Source: Escherichia phage vB_EcoM_G2540-3
Sequence record: MK327944.1
Strand: one strand, 5' to 3'
Length of the DNA stretch: 64,000 bases
The notes beneath the pieces are model-generated. The model ran no database searches. It was not told the origin of the DNA and was given only the letters and a program-made list of their open reading frames with translations. Both the position numbers and the translations under genes were made by a program. Shown piece by piece: positions 1-10,942 of the stretch. How positions within the stretch are numbered: the first letter of the stretch is position 1; each line of letters begins with the position of its first letter.

Positions 1-1320
1 GGAGTAGTAGCTCTTTATCCAGGCGAGTTGGGCGATAAAATCGAAATCGAAATCGTATCTAAAGCTGACTACGCAAAAGGAGCTTCTGCATTACTCCCAA
101 TTTATCCAGGTGGCGGAACACGCGCATCTACTGCCAAAGCAGTGTTTGGATATGGACCACAAACTGATTCGCAATACGCTATTATAGTTCGTCGTAATGA
201 TGCTATTGTTCAAAGCGTTGTTCTTTCAACAAAGCGTGGTGAAAAAGATATTTACGATAGTAACATCTACATTGATGACTTTTTCGCAAAAGGCGGTTCA
301 GAATATATTTTCGCAACTGCACAAAACTGGCCAGAAGGATTCTCTGGAATTTTAACTCTGTCTGGTGGATTATCATCAAATGCTGAAGTAACAGCAGGAG
401 ATTTGATGGAAGCTTGGGACTTCTTTGCTGACCGTGAATCTGTTGACGTTCAGTTGTTTATTGCGGGTTCTTGTGCCGGTGAATCTTTAGAAACAGCATC
501 TACTGTCCAAAAACACGTCGTTTCAATTGGGGATGCTCGCCAGGATTGCTTAGTATTGTGCTCACCACCGCGCGAAACTATAGTTGGAATTCCTGTAACT
601 CGCGCTGTTGATAACTTAGTCAATTGGAGAACCGCAACAGGTTCATACACTGATAATAACTTTAATATCAGTTCAACCTACGCAGCAATTGATGGTAACT
701 ACAAATATCAGTATGACAAATATAATGATGTCAATCGCTGGGTTCCATTAGCAGCTGATATTGCCGGTTTATGTGCAAGAACCGATAACGTTTCTCAGAC
801 TTGGATGTCTCCAGCTGGTTATAATCGCGGCCAGATTCTTAACGTTATTAAACTTGCTATTGAAACTCGCCAAGCTCAGCGCGACCGTTTATATCAAGAA
901 GCTATCAACCCAGTAACTGGTACAGGTGGTGATGGTTACGTATTATATGGTGATAAAACAGCTACTTCTGTTCCTTCTCCATTTGATCGTATTAACGTTC
1001 GTCGTCTGTTTAATATGTTGAAAACGAATATCGGACGTAGTTCAAAATATCGTTTGTTCGAATTAAACAACGCGTTTACTCGTTCATCATTCCGCACAGA
1101 AACTGCCCAATACTTACAGGGAATTAAAGCTCTCGGTGGAATTTATGAATATCGTGTAGTTTGCGATACAACAAATAACACTCCGTCAGTAATTGATAGA
1201 AATGAGTTTGTTGCAACATTCTACATCCAACCGGCGCGCAGTATAAATTATATTACTTTGAATTTCGTCGCAACTGCTACTGGTGCAGACTTCGATGAGT
1301 TAACTGGTCTTGCAGGTTAA
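1..1320 (+). CDS. 18: tail sheath protein gp18, C-terminal part (5' end upstream of window)
   Basis: Frame 1 is open from base 1 to the stop at 1318-1320; product reads as myovirus tail sheath; gene 19 follows. Confidence 0.9.
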   Translation, partial: GVVALYPGELGDKIEIEIVSKADYAKGASALLPIYPGGGTRASTAKAVFGYGPQTDSQYAIIVRRNDAIVQSVVLSTKRGEKDIYDSNIYIDDFFAKGGSEYIFATAQNWPEGFSGILTLSGGLSSNAEVTAGDLMEAWDFFADRESVDVQLFIAGSCAGESLETASTVQKHVVSIGDARQDCLVLCSPPRETIVGIPVTRAVDNLVNWRTATGSYTDNNFNISSTYAAIDGNYKYQYDKYNDVNRWVPLAADIAGLCARTDNVSQTWMSPAGYNRGQILNVIKLAIETRQAQRDRLYQEAINPVTGTGGDGYVLYGDKTATSVPSPFDRINVRRLFNMLKTNIGRSSKYRLFELNNAFTRSSFRTETAQYLQGIKALGGIYEYRVVCDTTNNTPSVIDRNEFVATFYIQPARSINYITLNFVATATGADFDELTGLAG

Positions 1321-1977
1321 TTGATTATGGGGCTTCGGCCCCTATTCTCGAGGAAACAAGTGATTATTTCTAAGTTTGTTAAAGTGAAAATTGTACCATC
1401 AAATTTTAAACATTATCAATCAAAGGGTTATAAATTAACACCTCTTGGAGCGGTTAAACATGGATTTAGGTATTATGAAATTGATGTTAAAGTTGAAGAC
1501 ATTAAAGGTAGTACCGCGTATGTAAAATGTCGTTGCGATAAATGTGGAATTGAATATAACCAACGCATTGGAAGAAACACTGATATTTGTCGTGATTGCT
1601 GTCATAAAGATAAAATGCGCAATAATTCATATGGTTCCGCGAATAAAGGAAAAACAGTAGAATGTATGCATGGCGTAAATCATCCAAGATGGAACCCAAA
1701 TAAATCTGAAATGCGTGAATATATTTCATTGGTATATAAAGAAACTCGTAAGCATAAGAAAATTTGGTCAAAATGGCCAAATGCTGATAAAATAGGAGTG
1801 TGTGGTACAAAAGGTGCTTACCAACTTGATCATAAGGTATCTATCAAATACGGTTTTGATAATTTAATTCCTGCTAAAATAATTGGCGGTATTAATAATT
1901 TAGAAATAATCACTTGGGAATCTAACCGAGAAAAATCAAAAAGAAATAGTGTAGATCTTTGGGATTTACTAGAATGA
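1321..1977 (+). CDS. HNH-type endonuclease-like protein with N-terminal Cys-rich zinc-ribbon-like segment
   Basis: C-terminal CGTKGAYQLDHKVSIKYG...NNLEIITWESNREKSK fits the HNH (His-Me finger) pattern; upstream CRCDKCG...CRDCCH cluster; start codon uncertain (TTG 1321 or ATG 1327, inside hairpin). Confidence 0.6.
   Translation: MIMGLRPLFSRKQVIISKFVKVKIVPSNFKHYQSKGYKLTPLGAVKHGFRYYEIDVKVEDIKGSTAYVKCRCDKCGIEYNQRIGRNTDICRDCCHKDKMRNNSYGSANKGKTVECMHGVNHPRWNPNKSEMREYISLVYKETRKHKKIWSKWPNADKIGVCGTKGAYQLDHKVSIKYGFDNLIPAKIIGGINNLEIITWESNREKSKRNSVDLWDLLE
1329..1342 (+). terminator. GGGGCUUCGGCCCC hairpin (UUCG tetraloop) just 3' of gene 18
   Basis: Perfect 5-bp GC stem with UUCG loop; no clean U-run, so may be a stability or attenuation hairpin rather than a strong terminator; overlaps first codons of the HNH ORF. 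Confidence 0.35.
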
Positions 1978-1984
1978 TTCTAAA

Positions 1985-2002
1985 GGCCTGTTTCGGCAGG
2001 CC
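1985..2002 (+). terminator. hairpin GGCCUG-loop-CAGGCC after the HNH ORF
   Basis: Inverted repeat ggcctg/caggcc directly after stop at 1977. Confidence 0.4.
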
Positions 2003-2062
2003 ATATAAATACACTATATCCTTAATTCTTTAATTCTATATGCCCTAGGTTAAACATAGGGA

Positions 2063-2070
2063 TATAAATA
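2063..2070 (+). promoter_or_regulatory. T4-type late promoter TATAAATA upstream of gene 19
   Basis: Exact TATAAATA 15 nt before the gene 19 ATG; a second copy at 2004-2011. Confidence 0.6.
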
Positions 2071-2084
2071 CTACAGAGGCTAAT

Positions 2085-2576
2085 ATGTTTGTAGATGATG
2101 TAACACGAGCGTTTGAATCTGGTGATTTTGCTCGACCTAACTTATTCCAAGTAGAAATTTCTTATCTTGGACAAAATTTTACGTTTCAATGTAAAGCCAC
2201 TGCTTTACCAGCTGGTATTGTAGAAAAAATTCCAGTCGGATTTATGAACCGTAAAATTAACGTAGCAGGCGATCGTACATTCGATGACTGGACTATTACA
2301 GTAATGAATGATGAGGCGCATGATGCACGCCAGAAGTTTGTTGACTGGCAAAGCATTGCTGCTGGGCAAGGAAACGAAATTACTGGTGGAAAACCAGCAG
2401 AGTATAAAAAGAGTGCTATTGTACGCCAATATGCTCGTGACGCTAAAACTGTAACAAAAGAAGTCGAAATTAAAGGCCTGTGGCCTACTAACGTGGGTGA
2501 ACTTCAGTTAGATTGGGATTCAAACAATGAAATCCAAACCTTTGAAGTAACTCTCGCTCTCGATTATTGGGAATAA
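2085..2576 (+). CDS. 19: tail tube protein gp19
   Basis: 163 aa; MFVDDVTRAFESGDFARPNLFQVEISYLGQNF... matches T4 gp19. Confidence 0.95.
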   Translation: MFVDDVTRAFESGDFARPNLFQVEISYLGQNFTFQCKATALPAGIVEKIPVGFMNRKINVAGDRTFDDWTITVMNDEAHDARQKFVDWQSIAAGQGNEITGGKPAEYKKSAIVRQYARDAKTVTKEVEIKGLWPTNVGELQLDWDSNNEIQTFEVTLALDYWE

Positions 2577-2608
2577 AATGAATGGGGAGAAATCCCCATC
2601 CTGCTTAA

Positions 2609-4233
<1,625 letters not shown>

Positions 4234-4234
<1 letters not shown>

Positions 4235-4476
4235 TGGAAGGTTTAATTGAAGCTATTAAATCAAACGACCTCGTAGCCGCTCGTAAATTATTTGCTGAAG
4301 CCATGGCTGCAAGAACGATTGATTTAATTAAAGAAGAAAAAATCGCTATCGCTCGTAATTTCTTAATCGAAGGTGAAGAACCTGAAGACGAGAATGATGA
4401 CGAAGATGGTGATGATAAAGACGACAAAAAAGACAAAGACTCTGACGAAGATGACGAAGACGAGGATGATGAATAA
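4234..4476 (+). CDS. 67: prohead core protein gp67 (acidic C-terminal tail)
   Basis: 80 aa, D/E-rich C-terminus; ATGA overlap with gene 20 stop; position 20-67-68-21. Confidence 0.85.
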
Positions 4477-4901
4477 TGCTTCTGATCCCTGAAACTCATG
4501 AATTAGTTCTCGAGAATGTCGAAGCACTTATTCCTGAAGCACAGGGTCGCTTTGACGAATTGTCTTCTGCTTTAAATAAAGACGATATAAATACAATTGT
4601 CGAGAATATGCTTGATGATGAAACTGATTTAGCAGTTGCATTAGCTTCTATTAATGAAAATATGCCGTTAAATGAATTCATTGTTAAGCACGTTTCAGCT
4701 CGTGGTGAAATTACACGTACTAAAGATCGCAAAACACGCGAACGTAATGCATTTCAAACCACTGGGCTGTCTAAAGCAAAACGTAGACAAATTGCTCGCA
4801 AAGCTACCAAAACGAAGATTGCCAATCCAGCAGGTCAATCTCGTGCTCAGCGTAAGCGTAAAAAAGCTCTTAAACGCCGTAAAGCATTAGGATTAAGCTA
4901 A
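4476..4901 (+). CDS. 68: prohead core protein gp68
   Basis: 141 aa; start overlaps gp67 stop and stop overlaps gp21 start; conserved position. Confidence 0.85.
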
Positions 4902-5539
4902 TGAATGAACCCCAATTACTAATTGAAACTTGGGGTCAACCTGGCGAAATTATTGATGGTGTGCCAATGCTCGAATCCCACGATGGAAAAGACTTAGGTT
5001 TAAAACCTGGTTTATACATCGAAGGAATATTCATGCAAGCGGAAGTCGTCAATAGAAATAAACGTCTTTATCCAAAACGCATATTAGAAAAAGCGGTAAA
5101 AGACTATATTAATGAGCAAGTTTTAACTAAACAAGCTCTCGGAGAATTAAATCATCCTCCACGCGCTAATGTTGACCCAATGCAAGCTGCTATCATTATA
5201 GAAGATATGTGGTGGAAAGGAAATGACGTATACGGACGAGCTCGTGTTATTGAAGGCGACCACGGTCCTGGAGATAAATTAGCAGCTAATATTCGTGCCG
5301 GATGGATTCCAGGAGTTTCTTCTCGTGGATTAGGTTCATTGACTGACACAAATAAAGGTTATCGTATCGTAAACGAAGGATTCAAATTAACTGTAGGTGT
5401 TGATGCAGTATGGGGTCCAAGTGCTCCAGATGCATGGGTAACTCCTAAGGAAATTACCGAATCACAGACGGCGGAAGCCGATACAAGTGCCGATGACGCC
5501 TATATGGCTCTCGCAGAGGCCATGAAAAAAGCGTTATAA
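4901..5539 (+). CDS. 21: prohead core scaffold protease gp21
   Basis: 212 aa; [31 protein letters not shown]... matches T4 gp21. Confidence 0.95.
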   Translation: MNEPQLLIETWGQPGEIIDGVPMLESHDGKDLGLKPGLYIEGIFMQAEVVNRNKRLYPKRILEKAVKDYINEQVLTKQALGELNHPPRANVDPMQAAIIIEDMWWKGNDVYGRARVIEGDHGPGDKLAANIRAGWIPGVSSRGLGSLTDTNKGYRIVNEGFKLTVGVDAVWGPSAPDAWVTPKEITESQTAEADTSADDAYMALAEAMKKAL

Positions 5540-5542
5540 ATA
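5535..5542 (+). promoter_or_regulatory. late promoter TATAAATA upstream of gene 22
   Basis: Exact TATAAATA spanning the gene 21 stop, 28 nt before the gene 22 ATG. Confidence 0.55.
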
Positions 5543-5569
5543 TTATTATCTAAACAACAGGACTACAAA

Positions 5570-6379
5570 ATGCTTAAAGAACAACTGATTGCTGAAGCGC
5601 AAAAAATTGATGCTTCCGTTGCTCTTGATAGTATTTTCGAATCAGTTAATATTTCTCCGGAAGCAAAAGAAACTTTCGGCACTGTATTCGAAGCTACCGT
5701 CAAGCAGCACGCCGTTAAATTAGCTGAATCTCATATCGCTAAAATTGCTGAAAAAGCAGAAGAAGAAGTAGAAAAAAATAAAGAAGAAGCCGAAGAAAAA
5801 GCTGAGAAGAAAATCGCTGAGCAAGCTTCTAAATTCATCGACCATCTTGCGAAAGAATGGCTCGCTGAAAATAAATTAGCAGTTGATAAAGGCATCAAAG
5901 CCGAATTGTTTGAATCCATGCTTGGTGGATTAAAAGAGCTCTTTGTTGAACACAACGTTGTTGTTCCAGAAGAATCAGTTGATGTTGTGGCTGAAATGGA
6001 AGAAGAGCTGCAAGAACATAAAGAAGAATCAGCTCGTCTGTTCGAAGAACTCAATATGCGCGACGCATATATCAATTATGTGCAGCGTGAAGTGGCATTG
6101 AGCGAAAGTACTAAAGATCTGACTGAGTCTCAAAAAGAAAAAGTCTCTGCTCTGGTCGAAGGTATGGATTATTCAGATGAATTCTCAAATAAATTGAGTG
6201 CCATCGTAGAAATGGTGAAGAAGTCTAATAAAGATGAAAGCACTATTACTGAGGGTATAAATACTCCTGATACTGAAGCAGCCGGACTGAATTTCGTCAC
6301 TGAAGCTGTAGAAGATAAAGCTGCACCTGGTGCAGAAGATATTGTAAGTGTATATGCGAAAGTCGCATCTCGTTTCTAA
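5570..6379 (+). CDS. 22: major prohead scaffolding core protein gp22
   Basis: 269 aa, highly charged Glu/Lys-rich helical protein; position between 21 and 23. Confidence 0.95.
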   Translation: MLKEQLIAEAQKIDASVALDSIFESVNISPEAKETFGTVFEATVKQHAVKLAESHIAKIAEKAEEEVEKNKEEAEEKAEKKIAEQASKFIDHLAKEWLAENKLAVDKGIKAELFESMLGGLKELFVEHNVVVPEESVDVVAEMEEELQEHKEESARLFEELNMRDAYINYVQREVALSESTKDLTESQKEKVSALVEGMDYSDEFSNKLSAIVEMVKKSNKDESTITEGINTPDTEAAGLNFVTEAVEDKAAPGAEDIVSVYAKVASRF

Positions 6380-6397
6380 TTTTAAAGGTTAACACAA

Positions 6398-7963
6398 ATG
6401 ACTATCAAAACTAAAGCTGAACTTTTGAACAAATGGAAGCCATTACTGGAAGGTGAAGGTTTACCGGAAATTGCTAATAGCAAACAAGCGATTATCGCTA
6501 AAATCTTTGAAAACCAGGAAAAAGATTTCCAGACAGCTCCAGAGTACAAAGACGAAAAAATTGCTCAGGCATTCGGTTCTTTCTTAACAGAAGCTGAAAT
6601 CGGTGGTGACCACGGTTACAACGCTACTAACATCGCTGCAGGTCAGACTTCTGGCGCAGTAACTCAGATTGGCCCAGCTGTTATGGGTATGGTACGTCGT
6701 GCTATTCCTAACCTGATTGCTTTCGATATTTGCGGTGTTCAGCCGATGAACAGCCCAACTGGTCAGGTATTCGCACTGCGCGCAGTATATGGTAAAGACC
6801 CAATCGCTTCCGGTGCTAAAGAAGCATTCCACCCAATGTATGGTCCAGATGCAATGTTCTCTGGTCAGGGTGCTGCTAAGAAATTCACAGCTCTGGCTGC
6901 TAGCACACAAACCACAGAAGGTGATATCTATACTCACTTCTTCCAGGACACTGGTACTGTGTATCTGCAGGCTTCTGCTGTAGTAACAATCGATGCTGGC
7001 GCAACTGATGCAGCTAAATTAGATGCTGAAATTAAGAAACAAATGGAAGCTGGTGCACTGGTAGAAATCGCTGAAGGTATGGCTACTTCTATCGCTGAAC
7101 TTCAGGAAAGTTTCAACGGTTCCACCGATAACCCATGGAATGAAATGGGCTTCCGTATCGATAAACAAGTTATCGAAGCTAAATCTCGTCAGCTGAAAGC
7201 TGCTTACTCTATCGAATTAGCACAAGACCTCCGCGCTGTTCACGGTATGGATGCTGATGCTGAACTGTCTGGTATTCTGGCTACCGAAATCATGCTGGAA
7301 ATCAACCGTGAAGTTGTTGATTGGATTAACTACTCAGCTCAGGTTGGTAAATCTGGTATGACCCTGACTCCGGGTTCTAAAGCTGGTGTATTTGACTTCC
7401 AGGATCCGATTGATATTCGTGGTGCTCGCTGGGCGGGTGAATCCTTTAAAGCTCTGTTGTTCCAGATTGACAAAGAAGCAGTTGAAATTGCTCGTCAGAC
7501 CGGTCGTGGTGAAGGTAACTTCATCATCGCTTCCCGTAACGTAGTTAACGTTCTGGCTTCAGTTGATACTGGCATTTCTTATGCTGCACAGGGTCTGGCT
7601 ACCGGCTTTAACACTGATACTACCAAGTCAGTATTTGCTGGTGTTCTGGGTGGTAAATACCGTGTATATATCGACCAGTATGCTAAACAGGATTATTTCA
7701 CTGTAGGTTATAAAGGTCCGAACGAAATGGATGCTGGTATTTACTATGCTCCATATGTAGCTCTGACTCCGCTGCGTGGTTCCGATCCGAAGAACTTCCA
7801 ACCAGTAATGGGATTCAAAACTCGTTACGGTATCGGTATCAACCCATTTGCAGAATCCGCTGCTCAGGCTCCGGCTTCTCGCATCCAGAGCGGTATGCCT
7901 TCTATTCTGAATAGCCTTGGTAAAAACGCTTACTTCCGCCGTGTATATGTTAAAGGTATCTAA
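6398..7963 (+). CDS. 23: major capsid protein gp23
   Basis: 521 aa; MTIKTKAELLNKWKPLLEGEGLPEIANSKQAIIAKIFENQEKDFQTAPEYKDEKIAQAFGSFLTEAEIGGDHGYNATNIAAG... matches T4 gp23. Confidence 0.98.
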   Translation: MTIKTKAELLNKWKPLLEGEGLPEIANSKQAIIAKIFENQEKDFQTAPEYKDEKIAQAFGSFLTEAEIGGDHGYNATNIAAGQTSGAVTQIGPAVMGMVRRAIPNLIAFDICGVQPMNSPTGQVFALRAVYGKDPIASGAKEAFHPMYGPDAMFSGQGAAKKFTALAASTQTTEGDIYTHFFQDTGTVYLQASAVVTIDAGATDAAKLDAEIKKQMEAGALVEIAEGMATSIAELQESFNGSTDNPWNEMGFRIDKQVIEAKSRQLKAAYSIELAQDLRAVHGMDADAELSGILATEIMLEINREVVDWINYSAQVGKSGMTLTPGSKAGVFDFQDPIDIRGARWAGESFKALLFQIDKEAVEIARQTGRGEGNFIIASRNVVNVLASVDTGISYAAQGLATGFNTDTTKSVFAGVLGGKYRVYIDQYAKQDYFTVGYKGPNEMDAGIYYAPYVALTPLRGSDPKNFQPVMGFKTRYGIGINPFAESAAQAPASRIQSGMPSILNSLGKNAYFRRVYVKGI

Positions 7964-7978
7964 TCTTTGACGATTTAA

Positions 7979-7994
7979 GGGACCTTCGGGTCCC
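7979..7994 (+). terminator. rho-independent terminator after gene 23 (GGGACCUUCGGGUCCC + U-rich tract)
   Basis: GC stem with UUCG loop followed by tttagttgttttt. Confidence 0.6.
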
Positions 7995-8011
7995 TTTAGT
8001 TGTTTTTATGG

Positions 8012-8019
8012 TATAAATA
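8012..8019 (+). promoter_or_regulatory. late promoter TATAAATA upstream of gene 24
   Basis: Exact TATAAATA 27 nt before the ATG. Confidence 0.55.
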
Positions 8020-8046
8020 AATCATATAAACCAAAAGGAAAGCGCA

Positions 8047-9330
8047 ATGGCTAAAATCAACGAACTTCTGCGCGAATCAACCACAACGAATAGCAACTCA
8101 ATCGGTCGCCCAAATCTCGTTGCTTTGACTCGCGCTACCACTAAATTAATATATTCTGACATTGTAGCAACGCAAAGAACTAATCAACCTGTTGCTGCTT
8201 TTTATGGTATCAAATACCTTAATCCAGATAACGAATTTACTTTTAAAACTGGTGCTACTTACGCTGGCGAAGCTGGGTACGTAGACAGAGAACAAATCAC
8301 AGAATTAACAGAAGAGTCTAAATTAACTCTCAATAAAGGCGATTTATTCAAATATAATAATATCGTTTATAAAGTATTAGAAGATACACCATTTGCTACT
8401 ATTGAAGAAAGCGATTTAGAATTAGCTCTTCAGATTGCAATTGTTCTTTTAAAGGTTCGTCTATTTTCTGACGCAGCGTCAACGAGCAAATTTGAAAGCT
8501 CTGATAGCGAAATTGCGGATGCTAGATTCCAGATTAATAAATGGCAAACTGCAGTTAAATCTCGTAAACTTAAAACTGGCATCACAGTTGAATTGGCACA
8601 AGATTTAGAAGCAAATGGATTCGATGCTCCTAATTTCTTGGAAGATTTGCTTGCAACTGAAATGGCAGATGAAATTAATAAAGATATTCTACAGTCTTTG
8701 ATTACAGTATCAAAACGCTATAAAGTTACAGGAATTACTGATACCGGATTCATTGATTTGAGTTATGCATCTGCACCTGAAGCTGGTCGTTCATTATACC
8801 GAATGGTGTGTGAAATGGTTTCACATATCCAGAAAGAATCAACTTACACAGCAACGTTCTGTGTTGCTTCAGCTCGTGCCGCCGCGATTCTTGCTGCATC
8901 AGGTTGGTTAAAACATAAACCAGAAGATGACAAATATCTTTCACAAAATGCCTACGGGTTCTTAGCTAATGGTTTACCGCTTTATTGTGATACTAACAGC
9001 CCATTAGATTATGTAATCGTTGGTGTGGTAGAAAATATTGGCGAAAAAGAAATTGTTGGATCAATTTTCTATGCTCCGTATACAGAAGGTCTTGACTTAG
9101 ATGACCCTGAACATGTAGGTGCATTTAAAGTTGTAGTTGATCCAGAAAGTTTGCAGCCATCTATCGGTTTATTAGTTAGATATGCTTTATCTGCAAATCC
9201 TTACACTGTAGCAAAAGATGAAAAAGAAGCAAGAATAATTGATGGTGGAGACATGGATAAAATGGCGGGTCGTTCAGATTTGTCTGTTTTATTAGGTGTT
9301 AAGCTACCAAAAATTATCGTTGATGAATAA
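8047..9330 (+). CDS. 24: capsid vertex protein gp24
   Basis: 427 aa; gp23-like fold implied by position and size. Confidence 0.95.
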   Translation: MAKINELLRESTTTNSNSIGRPNLVALTRATTKLIYSDIVATQRTNQPVAAFYGIKYLNPDNEFTFKTGATYAGEAGYVDREQITELTEESKLTLNKGDLFKYNNIVYKVLEDTPFATIEESDLELALQIAIVLLKVRLFSDAASTSKFESSDSEIADARFQINKWQTAVKSRKLKTGITVELAQDLEANGFDAPNFLEDLLATEMADEINKDILQSLITVSKRYKVTGITDTGFIDLSYASAPEAGRSLYRMVCEMVSHIQKESTYTATFCVASARAAAILAASGWLKHKPEDDKYLSQNAYGFLANGLPLYCDTNSPLDYVIVGVVENIGEKEIVGSIFYAPYTEGLDLDDPEHVGAFKVVVDPESLQPSIGLLVRYALSANPYTVAKDEKEARIIDGGDMDKMAGRSDLSVLLGVKLPKIIVDE

Positions 9331-9336
9331 AACAAA

Positions 9337-9352
9337 GGGACCTTTCGGTCCC
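9337..9352. terminator. bidirectional terminator hairpin between gene 24 (+) and rnlB (-)
   Basis: GGGACCUUUCGGUCCC flanked by A-run upstream and T-run downstream. Confidence 0.6.
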
Positions 9353-9359
9353 TTTTTAT

Positions 9360-10364
9360 TTAACTTACCAATTCAATCCAAGCCGGACGAAGTACATCTT
9401 GTACCATTTTAACTAATTCCTTTTTAACCAAAGAAGGATTATCTGCTTGAGTTAGAGTAATACCTTCACGAGAAGTTTCTTCCAAAATATCTTGAACAGT
9501 TAGTCCCATCACCTTTCCAAAATCCTTTGGACCAATTTCGCCAATTTTAGAAATAACGTTATTTACTCGGTTCAGTGTAACGTAACAAGCTAAAATTCCC
9601 ACCAATTTGTTATCAGCTTCTGACAGTTCAACTTTAGCTTTAATAGGTTTATCAGACTTTTTCTTTTCGCTAAATTTAGAGTTCTTGCATTTAATCGCTA
9701 CGCGATTGCCATTAGGCATCCAAGAAGGATAACAAGGTTTCAATACATATCCTTCAGCAGTAAATACTTCGCCTTTTGCTTCGGCATTCCAGACGCATTT
9801 ATTTGCATCAACTAATCCAGCATGGTCTACTGTAAAATTATAATCTTGGACGACAGAATCTAAATCATTTGGCAATTTAATAAGCTCTTCAAATTTACCG
9901 CGACCCAAAAGTGGAGCCATTTTAAATTTAAATGTATTACAGAATGATTCCATCATATAATCATCGACATAAGTCACATCACCACTTTCGGTAGTAACAA
10001 TAATGTCAAATACATAAAAATCTTTATCACCATAATCGACATTCTTCTGAATGCCAGGTCCAGCGAATTCGCCAAAGACTTGATAAAATACAACTGCCGA
10101 AGTTTCCATAATATCTTGTACTGCTTTAATGGAATCAGCGTAATTCTTTAGAATAATTTCATACCCAAAGAAATCTTCAGCAGGAAGAATCGGTCCAGTA
10201 CGTTTAGCACAAGTTGCTTTATCACGCTCAATAATCAATGAAAAGTTTGTACCGTGAATCTTTTCACGAGCTACCCATTCGCCACCAGTCAATCCTAAAC
10301 TGTAAAGTTTTTCAATGAATTTAGAATTGTAATGATTTTCAAGACTGCTATACTTTTTAAACAT
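9360..10364 (-). CDS. rnlB: RNA ligase 2 (Rnl2)
   Basis: 334 aa; [43 protein letters not shown]... with ligase lysine motif KIHG. Confidence 0.95.
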   Translation of the reverse strand: MFKKYSSLENHYNSKFIEKLYSLGLTGGEWVAREKIHGTNFSLIIERDKATCAKRTGPILPAEDFFGYEIILKNYADSIKAVQDIMETSAVVFYQVFGEFAGPGIQKNVDYGDKDFYVFDIIVTTESGDVTYVDDYMMESFCNTFKFKMAPLLGRGKFEELIKLPNDLDSVVQDYNFTVDHAGLVDANKCVWNAEAKGEVFTAEGYVLKPCYPSWMPNGNRVAIKCKNSKFSEKKKSDKPIKAKVELSEADNKLVGILACYVTLNRVNNVISKIGEIGPKDFGKVMGLTVQDILEETSREGITLTQADNPSLVKKELVKMVQDVLRPAWIELVS

Positions 10365-10373
10365 AATTAATCC

Positions 10374-10652
10374 TCAGAATGTAATTTCTAACCAATCACC
10401 ATCACGCTGATCACTATTGACTTTAAAGCTAAATCCTTCTTTTCTCAGCCAATTACCAATTTCTTCAGTAATCAATTTATCACGAGCAGTACAATAATAA
10501 CTAAAATATGTTTTACCTTGTTCAGCTGCTTTATTAGCAAGTTCCGAAAAATCTTTAATAAAACACTCTAGCTTAAACTGTTTGCTTTTAAGTGCTTTTT
10601 CGCGTAATTGATTAGCAAAAGATTCATTTTCATAAAGATCATACTGTTCCAT
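10374..10652 (-). CDS. hypothetical protein (24.2-like)
   Basis: 92-aa ORF in conserved position between rnlB and hoc. Confidence 0.55.
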   Translation of the reverse strand: MEQYDLYENESFANQLREKALKSKQFKLECFIKDFSELANKAAEQGKTYFSYYCTARDKLITEEIGNWLRKEGFSFKVNSDQRDGDWLEITF

Positions 10653-10854
10653 TTTTCACCTTTTTATTAATATGTCTTTTTCTATAGACAACTTTTTCTC
10701 GAGTCTCAAATTTATTCTTAGCAGTCATAGCTCGAGCCCATAATACAGCCACTTCTTTCGCCTGTAAGTTCAATTCACGAGCAATTTCAATGAATGACTT
10801 TCCAGACTCATGGAGTGTAAACACCACAACCTCAGTTCTCATAATCAATCTCAT
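10639..10854 (-). CDS. hypothetical small basic protein, possible HTH (24.3-like)
   Basis: 71-aa ORF overlapping the downstream gene start; conserved position. Confidence 0.5.
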   Translation of the reverse strand: MRLIMRTEVVVFTLHESGKSFIEIARELNLQAKEVAVLWARAMTAKNKFETREKVVYRKRHINKKVKNGTV

Positions 10855-10923
10855 GTTATCGAGTTGATGCCATTATATACATCGTTTTCTGATTGTGTTT
10901 TGTGTGCTTTCAAAATGAAGAAA

Positions 10924-10937
10924 GGGGCCGAAGCCCC
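10924..10937 (-). terminator. terminator hairpin after hoc (GGGGCUUCGGCCCC on - strand)
   Basis: GC stem with UUCG loop immediately 3' of hoc stop, U-rich tail on - strand. Confidence 0.55.
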
Positions 10938-10942
10938 TGAGA

